Shown here piece by piece: positions 1-14,655 of a DNA stretch of 64,000 nt. The DNA lies in assembly GCA_965285935.1 (NCBI GenBank), contig OZ260663.1, positions 34,782,001 through 34,846,000 on the forward strand. The letters run 5' to 3'. This DNA comes from Ophelia neglecta. Lineage: Eukaryota. The notes under the pieces are model-generated. The model searched no databases. It worked only from the letters and a program-made list of their open reading frames with translations, and had not been told where the DNA came from. The position numbers were made by a program, and so were the translations under genes. Positions within the stretch are counted from its first letter, which is position 1, and each line of letters begins with the position of its first letter.

Positions 1-3000
1 AAGTACCATACAGGACGTTTCGCGAGATGGAAAATTTTCGCGATTTTTTTGCTGTCGACAATTTACTGATTAACCGTACTGTTATATACGTGTACGTGAT
101 TAAAAAAGCTCTGCGAAACATAAAAAAGCATGGAGGCCATTTGCTAATATGTCCAAAGCACTGTTGTCAAAGAAACTACTTTGCTTGCACAATGGTTTAT
201 CGATTGGATTGATCGTACTGTAAATAAAAATGAGCTGCCTAGGGCAGTAGTGGAGAGAGCTCAGAGTTAAAATGGCACGACTTACGGTGTATTTTATTGG
301 TTTATATGAAGGTTGGTGCTGTTTTGATACGATATTTACATTGCGTCTTTTAAAGATGTATTCTGATAGATTGATGTTTTGTCTAAAGTCTTCTTCCACC
401 ATTATTTGCGATTTGTTCTATAAGATGTTCTATTCTAATAAATAATTAATGATAAGTGTTTATAGTGTAGTAACAGGGCGTGAAGTTTTGATGAATCAGT
501 GAAATTTCTTTTGTGTAAACGTCCATTTTCTGCAAATATTATATCAATTGCGAATTTTATATATAAAATAAGTGTGCATATTATCCGCCAGTATTTTTTG
601 CAACTATACAAGAATCAATCAAGTGAATTAAACGGATCGCTTATTAAATCCACTACTATATAACATATTATATATTATATAGATTTATTAATATATAGCG
701 TTAAGAATAAGCAATCGATTACTTGTGATATTAAATCAGATGGATATATTGTCATTTTCAAATCATGATAGATAATTGTAGCGAATACAATGCACAATAA
801 ATGATACTTACCAGCAGTTGTTACTTACTATATATAATGACACTGGCTGTGTTTGATCAACCAGTGACGCAGAGAACACTGTACCCAGCTTCTATTGCTT
901 GTTAAAGACTGATATAACCGTTATGTCTTTCAGTGCTTATCAAACCACTTAAATCTTTTTTGCAATATTATTTATTGTTGACTCTTTAATGTGCTTAACG
1001 CCTACATTATATTAATTTGCCTTAATCCTTTGAATCCAATCAGAAATTGAATCAGTAGTTCTAATTAATTTACCTCAACGAGCTGACTGTTTTTTCGTCA
1101 TCGAAAAAAAATTTATGACAAAATTTAAATATTTGAGTTTATCGGTACATTTTTCCGCGCTTAGTCGGCTAATTCTTCGCATAAGTCTGCTAATACCACG
1201 CACATTGAAAAGATAAGCATTGTATATTGCATTGTTTAATTCCGCGCACTAAGTAGCCATACTCCGCGCACTGCTGACAAGGCTACCTACGGCGAGATCA
1301 AACGATGCAGGACTTTACCCGACGTAACCGTACTTATTTCCTTGACTAAAATACATCGATTAAAATGCATCGGAAACAACAACTTCTGGCTGATTATACA
1401 CAAGGCATTCTTGAGGTTTTCAATGCATTTATTTGCATTAAGTCGAGGGCGATGAAGCATTATTAAATGGAGGATTGCGTCCTAACATCTCCTGAACCAT
1501 CTGAGTCTTGATAAGCCTCGGGGCACCCTCGTGAGCAATGTGCGATTTGGTGATTATTAACAAACTTAATCATTAGTGTAAGTCTGGGGAGAAAACTATG
1601 GCGGCGGCTGACAGGAATTTTCACCCGTTTCCAAACGAGCCGGCTTGATAACAGTGTGACCGGCATCTGCATGGATTTTCCGCTTTATAATTGTGTAAGC
1701 CTGTTGTTCCTCATTTGCCCCGTTTGCACGATTAAATTGTCATGAGTAAACCGAGGCAGCCATAATCGAAAGCTAGAACTGTATTGTCAAGAAAAGCTTT
1801 GTCCGGTGAGGACAAGGAATCATTTACACTTTGCAATTCCAAAGCGCACTTTTTCGTCAATTCCCACAAGCCGACGTTTAACGAAATCATTTTTTTCCGG
1901 CGAATGGCGCTTTGTGACATCTAATATCTACTTAGTGCAGTGGAATTTTTTTAAGCTTAGGCTTTATTGCACAGCTAAGGTTTAGAGCATCAGATATTGG
2001 TCTGAAGGATATTGCATTGTATCTTTACGTCAAGAAACAAAAATCGTCGAGATTGGTTTTTTTCCTCGGAAAATGTTTTTCATTTAAATAAGGAAATGAA
2101 GTCATGGCAAACGTCTAATTACTTTAAAACACAAAATGGTGGAACGGTGACGTTGACTATTAAACCAGCTGGAGGTCCCGAGGTCGGCAGAGGTATGGTA
2201 TGGGAAATATGCACCTGTTGTGTTGGTGATTTACTTAGCGACCAAACATCCCACCACCTGTGACTATAGTTATTAGTGGTATTTTCTATTAATTGTTTTG
2301 TTGCTAATTCATGTCAAAAAAAACTGTTTCAAAGTGCATTATACTAGTTTACGATTTATACCGACTAGAGATGAAGGGCAATGGATTCATTCACTGTCAT
2401 CTCTTGGTTATTCCTAAATAGGTCACCAATTCATGCTTTTGAATTAATCTCCTTATTATAAATACCATCAAAATTTCATGGAATGACGATCCAGCATGGC
2501 ATTGATAAACAATAAATATAGGCCGGCTAAGCGATTGCTGCTGAGCGGGGTGCCTTGTCCATAATGAAATACATCATTATACCAAAGCTTTACCAAAATA
2601 ATGAATTTCCTTTGAAAAAGAAAGAGTCTACAGGTTTTCATCGCAAAGACAAACCGGCATGTTTAATTCATAGCAGGAACTCTCTTCCATTAACAATCGA
2701 CCGGGTTCATTTACAGATTCCCGAAAAGTACACTTTGAGCTAAAAGGAGAGTACGCCAGGGACCGTAGAGAATTATCTTCATGGCCAGACTACATGGTCT
2801 GAAACGTTGATAAGAGAATAGGAGACTATAGAAAAGTGCTCCCGAATAAGCAGATAAAGGAGAAATATATTAAGGACTCACACAATTCCTGACCGTCATG
2901 CTAAAGACACCGAGTATGACTTGTTGTAAAGATGAAAAGTGACGCCTCGTTGCCACTTAAGAGAAATGTTTTATGTTAAAAGAGACAAAATTGACGCGTT

Positions 3001-6000
3001 ACCGATACAAAACTACGCGTTTAACGAATACAAGCAGTCTTGGTGGTTTAAGCATATTTAAACAGTGCATTTTTCAAACATATATCTAATTATCCAAACT
3101 TTCACTATACGATAAAACGTATAAGAACTTCAATGCTTAACTATTCGGTAATCTCATTATAAAAATATGAGGGAAAACCTTAATTTTGGATGATTTGGTC
3201 ATTCAATAGCCTTCAGATAGTATTTAAGTCAAATAGAATATGATGGTTTATATATCCAGGGCCCCAAAACAAAACATTTCGCTAATATGGCTGTTCTTGC
3301 TGTTAAAAATCATCCTTGATAGTCAAATGTGCTGTAAATAATGACAAGAATTCAGGGAATGAATCAAACACTAAGCAATAAAAGGCACAATATACTGATG
3401 ACGGATAGCCTTAAGACCCAAATAAAAGTGCAAACATACTGAGTATTTCCTGCTAGATGGACCTGTGGCACCATCATGTGACGCTGCTTCTATACTACTG
3501 TGAGAATGAGAACAAAACTTAGACAGTTTAACATATTAGTCCTTAACATTCAGGTTCTATTAGCTCGGTAATATTGTTATTGGTATTGATGACGATTCAG
3601 GAATGATGTTTATATCAATTGTAATATCACTTCTTCTTCATCTTTTCACAGTTTGGTTTAAGTCTATATGCGAAACATCGACCATAGTGTTCATTCATTA
3701 TGACCGAATATTTAGGACAAAAAATCCCAACATTATCATATTTACTGTCCAATAAACAAACCTCCAAGTGCAAGAATTGCAAACAAAAGAGTTAGTTGTC
3801 AACACAATAGTGTCACGTAGCTTTGTTTGGAAATCGTCCGGCCAGTTTTATTGGTCGACAGACACCATATACATGTAGCTGAAGCAGCTCTCGTCAAAGC
3901 ATCCGAGGAAGACATTGGGCCATTTGTGGGAGGTAATTCCGGATCGGATCCTTTCCTTCAGGGTGCGACAGGGAGCAGGCGACAGGGAGGGGGCTGTTGC
4001 CACCCAGAGTTTAAGCTGCAATATGTAAACTACGGGGTACGTGTTTTGAGGCGCCTTCCCAAGGGATCCCTAACTTTCAATCGGCCCTTTCTATAATGAA
4101 TCTCATTCTTATCCCATCTATAGGCGATATAATGATGCACTTAGACGACATTAACATCCCAGAGGACTGTCTTGTTAGTAGGACTATTGAGGAAGATAAA
4201 TATTTACTTAACTGTACATTGGCGGGTTGCTTGACAAGGTCGATGTACTTTTTAAACATTCATAGTCATAATAAACAAATATTATGTACAAGCTCTAATA
4301 TGGATTGGTACATACTATGGTAGTATAGATTTGTTCATATGTGCGTTGGTTCAGAACAGTCAATTCTCAATTCGCAATATATTAAATTAAACAAAATAAT
4401 AATTCTAAATCCTTCGAATGACGTTATTCTGTGTTTTTTGATGACTTCTTTCCTACAACGGCGAGTTTGTTTCTAGGGATAGTTAGGAACAGTACGGGCC
4501 GATGTTTATCAAATCGACAGATTTAGTGCAGATGGAAAACTTGTTAAATATGTTTGTTCGTCTTTGTCAGCGACAACTTCTTTCAACAGATCATTCAAGA
4601 AACCCGGGTAATTGTTTAGAATATTATTTTAAATAAAAGTTGTTTTGAAAACCATTTGATACAAATAAGGGAAAGATTGTACACCACATTTGGTAGAGTT
4701 GTTTCATTGCTCATGTCAAGTTTTTAAGACTGTGCCGTCCGAATGCAGGGATTACATGGGCCGTTCTTTTTAACGTGATTGTTGATTATAGTCTAATTTT
4801 CAAACAATTAATCAAGCAGAGATTTACAAAGGTAGCCGAGGTCCATCGAAATCCTACCCACGTAGGAAATGTGCATGCTGGTAAGCCGTATTGATTTCCA
4901 TAAATATCATAGTGGATTTGATTTTAGTAAGTATGTCTTTGGAGTCAAACATGGCAACCATTTTCAATATTGTATTCTTTGAGATTTTTATTCATGTTTG
5001 TTTGATCAGGGTGGCTTTTTGAAGATCCATGAATACACAAGCCCAGTTTTGTGAATGAGTCTCCCGAGTCAAATACATTGTTTATTTACTGCGCACCAGG
5101 GAGTCACAGAACAGGATTTCTGCATTTTACCAACAGCAATGTTTACGGAGAATATTAATCTAATGTCACCAGGACGTTCCCTTAACGCTCGTCAACTATT
5201 GAGCGCCTCGGTTAATGGAACACCATTCAGTGGCTCATTAATGCAAAGGTCAACAAAATTAGCAATGATAACTTCAATGCAGATTAAGGAAGCCGAGCTC
5301 AGCTACGTCTATTGCTAATAACATTTCGGTTATCAATAGGTTAAGACTATCAGAGGTTGAACTATTAGCATGCATTGAATGCAGAACGCACCGTCTACGA
5401 GTGTCACGTGAAGGCTTTTGACCTACCCTTCTGGTCGCCACTTCACATTTACATGCTTGCGAGGATAAACAAATCATTGCGTATCGAACTTGCAGCGCGC
5501 AGCGAACAGCAGACGACCACATACCGCCCAAAGCACATATAAATCTCTGTGCCACTTAAGGAAACCACATTGATCTCTCCTAGTTGCTTTTCCCCTTTAT
5601 GTGTGGGTGATAATCGAGAAAAGTGGAGCGTCTCACTGACAAGGATTAGCGATTTACTCCCCTGAAGTCAGCCCTACATCTCACTAAAAACAACTGTTAG
5701 TATCGATAATGTGGAAGCGGTCAGATGCCTTTTCTGACTCGTTTCTCAAACCCACAACGCAATTACTTTGTATGGACGACACCATTAAATATAGAAGTTA
5801 ATTCCACCTGAACCTCGCATTGAACGCTATTAGTATTCTTGGATGAGATAGATATTCATTAAGGTGAATTAAGATAGTCTGGCCCTACCCGGGGTGCGTT
5901 TTCCTGTAGACTTCCGGCTCTCTCCTTTTTTGCCACTGATGTAGAGACACTGCGCTTCTATTCCATTTGAAGTGTTCAGCGCTGCTCGCCTGGCAGGAAA

Positions 6001-6044
6001 CTGCTTGGCTTTTTTAGTCACAGGACGCGAAGCCTTTCCATAAC

Positions 6045-6162
6045 ATGGATAAGCTCAGTGTCAACCCGTGGCAGGTGAATAAAATCATGGCAACAGTTTC
6101 GCAATATGGAATCCCTTTCTGGTGCCTCTTGAGTTGGTTTCTTTGCTCGTTTCCTTTGGCAG
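6045..6162 (+). CDS. Candidate alternative first coding exon 1a, signal peptide MDKLSVNPWQVNKIMATVSQYGIPFWCLLSWFLCSFPLA
   Basis: aacATGG Kozak context, 39 codons + 1 nt, hydrophobic C-terminal half ending in P-L-A, consensus CAG|GTGAGT phase-1 donor at 6163. Paralogous to the exon at 24230 (MDxxSVxPW). Confidence 0.7.
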
Positions 6163-9100
6163 GTGAGTGAGTTTTCATTCCAAATTACCCTATTCATGAC
6201 GAAAACAAGACTAAATCCAATTGTTTGCCGTGTTGCAGGGATCCCCCTAAGTATATTCTTATCGGAATAGTATACACAATTAATTGAACAGTAACAAGAA
6301 TTCGTAGGGGGTGCATGCTGCATTAACCGACCGACAAGCAGTCTGATGGTGATCTTTTATCAGCATCCCGAGCAAAATGCAACAGATGCTGACTACAAAT
6401 AATTACACAAATTATCATAACTATTCTATTATGAAAGCCTATAGCATTTCGCTAACTTTCTAAATCTGTAAGCCCTACCTTTAGCGACATTTATAGGGTA
6501 CTTTTATGAAGATATTACTTTGAAACACGACCTAACTCTATAGGCTCATTCCTAGGATTTAATCTACGTGTCTGCCTTTACACAGCGTTTTTGTCATGAT
6601 GTTTTAATGGAGCCGTGGTTGCTGTTTACGTGTATCGTCATAGTTAACCGTACCTGTCCAGCCTTAATATGTATAATGTGTCATAAACACATGGGCGAGG
6701 ACAAATGAAACGCTTTTATCATGAGTATGATAACGCCATAACCTTAAGCGCTGTCATAATATTCTCGAGGAAAATAATCCTGTTATTTTGAAAACAATGG
6801 AAGTACACATTTTTGTATTATTTTTAGACAATTTTTTCAAGTTGAACCTTTTCCCAATCCTATCATATTCCTTATTAGAAAAAGACCAAAACAAGTTTTA
6901 CAACGTTTTCTTTCGATTTGCCCTTTACTAATAAACCGATCCTTAATATGATATATCAGTCATTCTCTTTTCTTTGGTACTTCAGGTGGCTCTCATCCTA
7001 TACACCTTTGGCATTCAAATCTATTCAGTTGACAATAAATGTATCAGCGAAAGCAAAGATTCACATTAAAAACAAAGGATCAAATGAGAAGCTTGATACG
7101 AAATAAATTATCCTATATTTTTCAACTCTCATACCTATTTTGTTCGTCAAATTTTCAGATTGTTCATTTGCATTGTACACACATTGTCAAATATTTTACT
7201 TCTTACTGTTAATTGTTCATAACAATAATTATTACTGCGCTTTTTTTCGCAAATGTTTTCCAAAAGGATAATAGTTATATATGATCATAACGTATACTTT
7301 GTGATATTTGCAATTCAAATGGACTCGCTTATCTATCAGGAAAAAAATTATCTATTTAGTTTTATTTTTAATTTACATTCCGAGTCAGTTGTTTTTTTCA
7401 ATTTCTTTAAGATGAAAATATCAATGAAACTACATACTAATTATTTCACTAAACAGCAATATACTTAAGAATGATGAAAAAGAAGCAGTTATTTTTCACA
7501 AATCACGAGGACCTTGATTATTTGACGAATATCCGTATCATACGTACTGCAAACCATCACTACAATCTGGAGCTGAAGCATGTGTTTGTTCACAATTAAA
7601 ACGGTACTATTATATTCCTAACACCATACCTTGAGCTGTCGAGTATAAATCAACATTTACCGCCTTCACACTGACTTCTCTGATACAATACTTTCTGTAA
7701 TTTCACATTGTATGAGAGTCTAGATTATTGGCGCTCTTTCTTCCTAAGTAGCTGACGACCCATTGTTTGTCTTGTGGATTGTCTCACAAGAATAAAAGAG
7801 TTGTATACTTTTTGGTAAAAGACTAATTGAATAATGGATGTATTGCAGGCTTTCCATGTTATTTCTATTGTTTTTTAAGTGAGAATTGTTGAAGGTGTAT
7901 TGGACTATTGGTCCTTTATGTACTTATTCCCATGCTATACACTTTAGAATAGCCGATTTTGGTATGTCTGTCAGCTATGCACCCTCATAGTATGCAAATA
8001 ACAGCCATTCTTATTATATTACGAAAGTCTTATTAGGTTTGTAACCAATGGTTAGGTATTAAATATTTAATAAGCATCTTATATAGTCAAATTTGTACAT
8101 TTCGCAGGACACTCGGCATGCCATTAATCCTTGGCATAATTTACCAACGCTCTGCCATAATAATGTGTCAAGACCATTCAAAACTACAATTTGTCAGTCG
8201 TCTACTGCAAAATGTATACATATTAACACATACAAAGCTATACAATTACGTCTGTGTTATTTTCTGTGACAGTAATGCATTCAGGCATATGGAGGTATGT
8301 GCCAACCTCTGTTGAAGAAAAACCAGCACAGGGTCTCGTCTCGAGGGCTAATCTGGCATAACGAATTAAACGAGGGGCTTCTAAAAGAGCGTCAAAGCCA
8401 TGCTTTGCTCAGACAAACCTCAACATCGTTTGATGTAGTTGCAGCCTTTGAGATGAACGTTTTCTCTCAGACGTGGCTTTGTACATAAGTGAACACGACA
8501 TAAAGCAGTCGAACATGATAATTTTTGTGGTTATTTTATATCATGTAGTGACTCGACATTTTCCCCGTTGCGTAAATGGGGAAGACATTCTCAAGCCGTT
8601 TTCCAGACAGAGCATGCAGTCTTTTGATATAAAATCCACTTTCAATCCTGTCTTGGAAACCACAGCTTAACAATATATGAATTGTGTTTGGTTGTTAGTT
8701 AAATTCTTCATGGCAACACAAGCTGAATATTCTAAAATTGAAAAAAAAAGGTTATTTGGTCCTACTACTGAATCAACAAAAAAAAACATTCAGCTCTTTA
8801 ACCTACTGGGCTTCGAATAGTGCTGCATGGGTTCTCTGCTGTTTCTGAACAAATCAGCGACATGTTTTTATTAGTCAAGACCATGCCCTATCTAGTAAAC
8901 TGTGGAAACACAAATCAACAGAAAGGATGTCTATTTATCATGTATCAATTATTAAAAATATGACCAGACTCTAATCTGTCTAATATTTATACCATGTCAT
9001 CTGAAATTGATAGCATATAATATGGGTAGCTTTAATTTCTTCTGGCAATTAGTCTTTCCTTGAAATTTGCATTGGCACTTGAGTTATTAAGCAAACGGTT

Positions 9101-9968
9101 TATGCCATAAAGAATTATGTGACATATCTAAAAAAATGGGTCAATAAAAATGCAACACTTGCAGCCACGGCAAATACAGTTCGTTCAAGTCAATTGCAGT
9201 AAAAATTCCAGCTGAAAGTAAATACACGTGTCGTCCAGCTTCCTTTTCATTGTCAGTCCACAGTGCATCCCCTTGAATTGACCATCTTTCCTCTGTGTGT
9301 TTTTCATCGCATCGATTAGGTGCTTGGATGTCATAAAGTTCGACCAGGGCCTGCTCATGTCGGATTAAACCTGTGACCTACCTAAGATACTTAATACAAT
9401 ACCGTAGTATGATAGCGGTCTTTGCTTCCTGTCCCGTGCAAGCCTCGAAGCATCAGAAGAGCAAATGACTTAACAAAATATGCCTCAACCGAACAATGTA
9501 AACAGAGTAAGAAAAAGAGAAAGTATTTTGATGCATCTGAGTTACAACCGAAATTCAAAATTGCCATGATTTATGCTTGAAGTGTAAATTACAACCGCAA
9601 TTTGCCGACACATATTTTGCATTTTCCCGGTGTGCCCCACTAATTGCTTAGCAGAGATGATTAACCAAATAGGTTGCCCTACCCTGGATTTTCTCGATTA
9701 ACTATAAAACTAGGCCATTAGGGACAAAATGTAATCAACCAGGCAACTAAATTAAACCAACTTTGACAGAGAGACGATGAATTACGATTTGATTGGTACA
9801 ATGTATAAACAAATACACGGTAAACATGACTAGAAACGAATAGAAGAAATCTTCCAAATCGCCTGTGAATTCGGAATACTGAAGTTAATATTATGAATGC
9901 TGAAGAAAGAGAGCGTCCTCGTGCACTTCAAGCAGTGATCGATTGGACAATCGTTTTATTTACTGAAG

Positions 9969-10040
9969 GACATTATCCAGGATTTGAGGCTCCATGTCAA
10001 TGGAAAATAACTGCGCAACAAGGGAGTGATATTACAGTCG
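9969..10040 (+). pseudogene. Isolated CUB-like fragment (GHYPGFEAPCQWKITAQQGSDITV)
   Basis: CxWxITAQxGxxI matches CPWNITAQPGQRI of the 48283 exon at both protein and DNA level. It is preceded by a phase-1 AG. The similarity does not extend further and there is no good donor. Confidence 0.4.
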
Positions 10041-13000
10041 ATGAAGTGGCGTCAGGCACCAGTAATGGGGAATATCATATAAAAAGGGTTCATTGGTGTC
10101 ATCAGTTCATAGTAGTTTCATTTCATTTTCCTCGTTAGAATGTTTGGCAACCACACTCAGTCACATGCAAGTAGAATAATGGGTCAAGTGAAGGCGCACT
10201 GATTAAGCCAATGTTTTTAGCTGAGCTTGTCCAACGCAAACTGCTTTGCTTGTAACTTTATGACACGTGTTGCCGATTTAGACATCAACTATTGAAACCA
10301 GGCGTTTCGAAGTAAATAGGGAATAAATAAATCCAGATTTGTAACAAATCAGCATACAAACAATGTTCTTGTTAGATGTTGTCTTTCAATTATTTCCGTT
10401 CATGAAGCACACTCTATAAAACCGGCTTTTTTCCATTTCTGTATAACGGCTTCACCTCGTTCTCATGCTAACAGCAAAACGGTTCTATATGTTACTCTTA
10501 TGCAACAGCTTATAAAACAGTATCACTCTCTCCCTTAGCTACTATTTTGTTGGGATAACCTTATCGTTTGATATGTCCGGGGTAACAACCTTGAAACAGA
10601 AAGTGTTAACGACATAATACTTTAAAACAACGTGTTGCTACTGCTGGCTTTAAACAGGTCATTGGATACAAACAATTATTTAAGCATAAAGATAATTTTG
10701 ATAAACACATATAATTAAAAAGGAAGCTTACAGGTACATTGTACATATTACCCGCCGAACTCTGTTCACCACACACATTTGATAGCAATATCGATTCACT
10801 CTGGAGCAGGCAACGTTTTATTGGAAAAGCGCTGCCGAAAATAATTGAACGTTCTATAATTCATATCGCCTTTTACGTTTATACAATGACTATAATGTTT
10901 CCATAACCAAAATAAGTTAACATTCAAATAACAAGATTACGTAGACTGGGGTTGTGGCTGGTGTTAATGCCTTAATGTATTGCTTCCCATGTAGTGGCTG
11001 TTTTGACGACTAAGTCTTGGGACCATTCCACCTTAACAGAATTGTACCTATTTGTCTACATGGTATACTGCGTATAATTGTGCTACCAATGGTAGGCCAA
11101 ATGCCGGTGGAGTTCAACGAGAAGGCAACTGTCAATATGGGTGTTGCTAGTCCCAGTCCAGGCAAACCTGCTCTCATTTCTCGAGTCTCAAACTCTAGAT
11201 CTGTCATGGACCCTTAGGCCTGTTAATCTGACCACATCGGTATGAACTCCTTGGGGAGCACACCGAGCCGACACATAGAGCTTTTACAGGCTAACAAACC
11301 ACCCGCGGCCATATGTGTCCTACAAAGCATCAAGTACTCATCGCTCATTGGTGAAGATAGGCCTATCCTAATAAAGGGAAGCCCTGGGTCCAAACAAACA
11401 CAATATTGGATTCAACCCGTTTCAAACATTCTGGGTTCCAGATGACATACTTGCGCCAATACGTTATTATGTGTGTGTAGGTTACCTGGAATCACCCACT
11501 ATCTTATTGGAGATAAAGGGGAATAATACTAGGATAAGATCATTGAAGGTGACGATTTATTAACGTTGTTATTTCCAGTAAAATTAATAGAGGAAAGACA
11601 GACCTGATGACAGTGAGACTAAGCCCTGATTTACTGCTAGATATTCCGCCATTGCGTAGATGCCATCAAGTTCCTTGACGTTTGCTACATTATTGAGATG
11701 AAACAATTTTCTCTAAAAAGACATGATATATGGTCTGCCATCCTTTTGACGTATGAATAGAGCTTTGTATAGATTTACAATGCCAAATCCTTATCCTTGT
11801 TTCCCTTTCTTACTAAGACATAGTCTATTGCCACATTGAATGCCTGAGTCCCAGAGATCTTATTGTTGTTCCTTGACGATGAACGGTAAAACGGATATCA
11901 TCCATTGATAACGAGCGGACGGAGCAGAGTCAACATAGAATAGTCAACTTTATAAGCTCAGGGTACAAAGGAAGCACAGGCTGTCCAACGTCATGTCAAT
12001 TCAAAGCAAACAGCTACTGATCCTTTCATTTTCTGCCGCTGCTTGAATCTATATAATATCTGTTGTGGCTGTACAGAGTCCAAGTAACTTGGATCAACTC
12101 TTTGAATAGGCTTCACGATCGGCTGATTAACCTACAAAGATCGAATATCCATCTTTCAATGTATGAAGGCATGTGCTTATTTTATTTAGAGTTTAGGTTT
12201 TCACAGAGCCAGGTGCTTAATTTTGTTTAACATACACTTAAATTACCACATAAACAAAAGCTTGGCACAAAAAATCACATCCCAGTTCAGAGGGTGTCAT
12301 TTTAAATGCCATTGCTACCCCTTAATTTGTCCCAAAGGGGATGGCAAGGAACCGAGGGCCGGATCAATCTACTCCCGAGATAAGCGCGGTATATCACCCA
12401 GGATAGGTCCTAAAACCAATTCAAAAGCATTTCACCCAGCCAACGATATCTTTGCCTCAAATTTGTGTGTCGATCTAGACCCTGTGTTCCCAAAATAGAA
12501 ATGAACCGAAAATTTGTGACAAACGGAAACTATTGACTCCTTCATTAAACCAACTTGCCCTGGATTACTCTGGCAATGACAGATTTCCTATTAAGACACG
12601 GAAAAAATTTACTTACTTCGATTAGTTTGCTATATTCCCGAAAGTATTGTGGGTGAACACTCAATCAAACAAGTGCTCAGTACAACCGCCGTTCCTTATT
12701 TATTCTCAGAGGGAACCATGCCTCATGCGTGTGTCTGTTAAACCAATTGGCCTTATGCATGATCTTGCGTATATGCATTAAGGCAATTTTCCCCATTACA
12801 AGGTAATGTTTTCAGCCAATGGAGAATTTACCACATTGCGATAATTATTAACTAAAAATTGCCTTTGTACTTGGAAAACGTCTAGTTTCAATGATCATTT
12901 ATACACAAACATGCTTTTATATATCTAGACCAACTGGTTTAGTTTCTGGTTAAAAATTTTGTATATGGGAAATTTAGGATTATCTAAAAACATATTACAT

Positions 13001-14655
13001 ATTCTGGTAAATGTATAGAAAATAATACCCTTACTTACGGGCTCAAAATGATAAAGGTTTCTCCCAAATTGAATTCAGGTGTGGAGATGTTCTTTTTTCT
13101 TTCGTTTGGTAATATTCAATGCCAATTTATATCATTCATTCGTCCGATTTTAGAAACACTTGGACAATGTATTCTTATTTCACAATATTTGTGTACAAAA
13201 TTGATGACATTTGTTCCGTTGAAAACGAACTCTGATGGTACTCATCTGTCATTGAAGTAAACTGTCGGTGAACTGTTTTATGCGGTACAAAAGAGTAACC
13301 CTATGGATACGGAATAAACAACACGTCCAAGCACATAAAATATAATCATGATTCAATCACAATTGAAGTTGTAAATGTTTATTTGTTAGCAAATAATATT
13401 TATTGCCAAGCTACCATCATTGAGCACACTGAATGGCCTTTTGTCGAGTCCTTGCTCGACCATAAATTTCAAATACGAATATAAACGAGTTGCCGGTTGG
13501 CACTTTTTTGCGGTTGATGGGACAAAACCGTGCAGGCAACCTATTATTTGAAGAAGAATGTTTGCCTCGGGAACTATCGTTTACGATAATGCCCAATAAG
13601 CTGAAAATTCTCCAGCAATGGCCTCGTGATAATCTATAGGTTACCTGATAAGTGTAGTTACCCGGATGACGATAAGCACTGGAATAATTCTTTTTCGTCC
13701 TAACTACCAGCGACCATGAAATCATGAGCCTCAGCGGCTCAAACCACTTTTAATGTTAAAGCCGAGGCCGTGAGATAGGCACTCTTCATACTGAGCAGTC
13801 GACCAATAAAACATTGCCAGCTTTCAAAGTAACAGGTTTCTAGCATGAAATCATTTCTGCAGGCCGGCCTATATTGGTGGTTTGTTTTACTTTATTAGGT
13901 TGAGGTAGTACGTATCATCCTTTAGCAGAGAAAGTATAAAGTCCAGTACATGCCATGATGGCTGTCCTAAAAATGGCGCACATTCATTGGTAGAAGACAG
14001 GACAATGGTATGTTCCAAACAAGCTGCGCCCATCCTTCTTCGTTTGATGACATTCGCTTGCCGGGAAATCACTGAGCTGTCCTGACCATTATGTCCTTAT
14101 GTCACTTTCCTCTTTAATCAAAGTTCGCAATCCTTGAAATCTGTGACACCTGCGACCTACTTGAAATAGTGCCATCCTTGGCAAGACGTAAAGAGGGTTA
14201 TTTCAAGGGCGTGCTTGGAATTATAAAAACCATTTGGAAGTTTTACCCAGAATGTTTTATTAGGCTTACATCAGTAACTTTGAAAGTTGATAAAACTCTT
14301 ACTAGATTGTTCTTATAAGTATGCGTGAGTAGGCACATATGGTAGGTTTGAATTTGCAAATCTCTGGGATTCCCTTTCTCTAAAACAGAGCTAGATTTAG
14401 GCCTTAATGTCGTACTCGCCATGGATATATAAGCTTCACTTATAACACTCATTGGTGGGGAACTCTACCCTTTTTAAACAATGAGAGTGAATCACAAAGA
14501 AAGTGTATGCACGAACACTGATCGTACTGACAATCCACCGAATGAATTTCACTAAGATTGAGTGTTTAATTTCCAATCATACCACTAAGGCTCTGCGTCT
14601 GAGTAATGAGCTTCCCCGAAAACACCCAAATCACCCACACGTTACTAATGAAATG

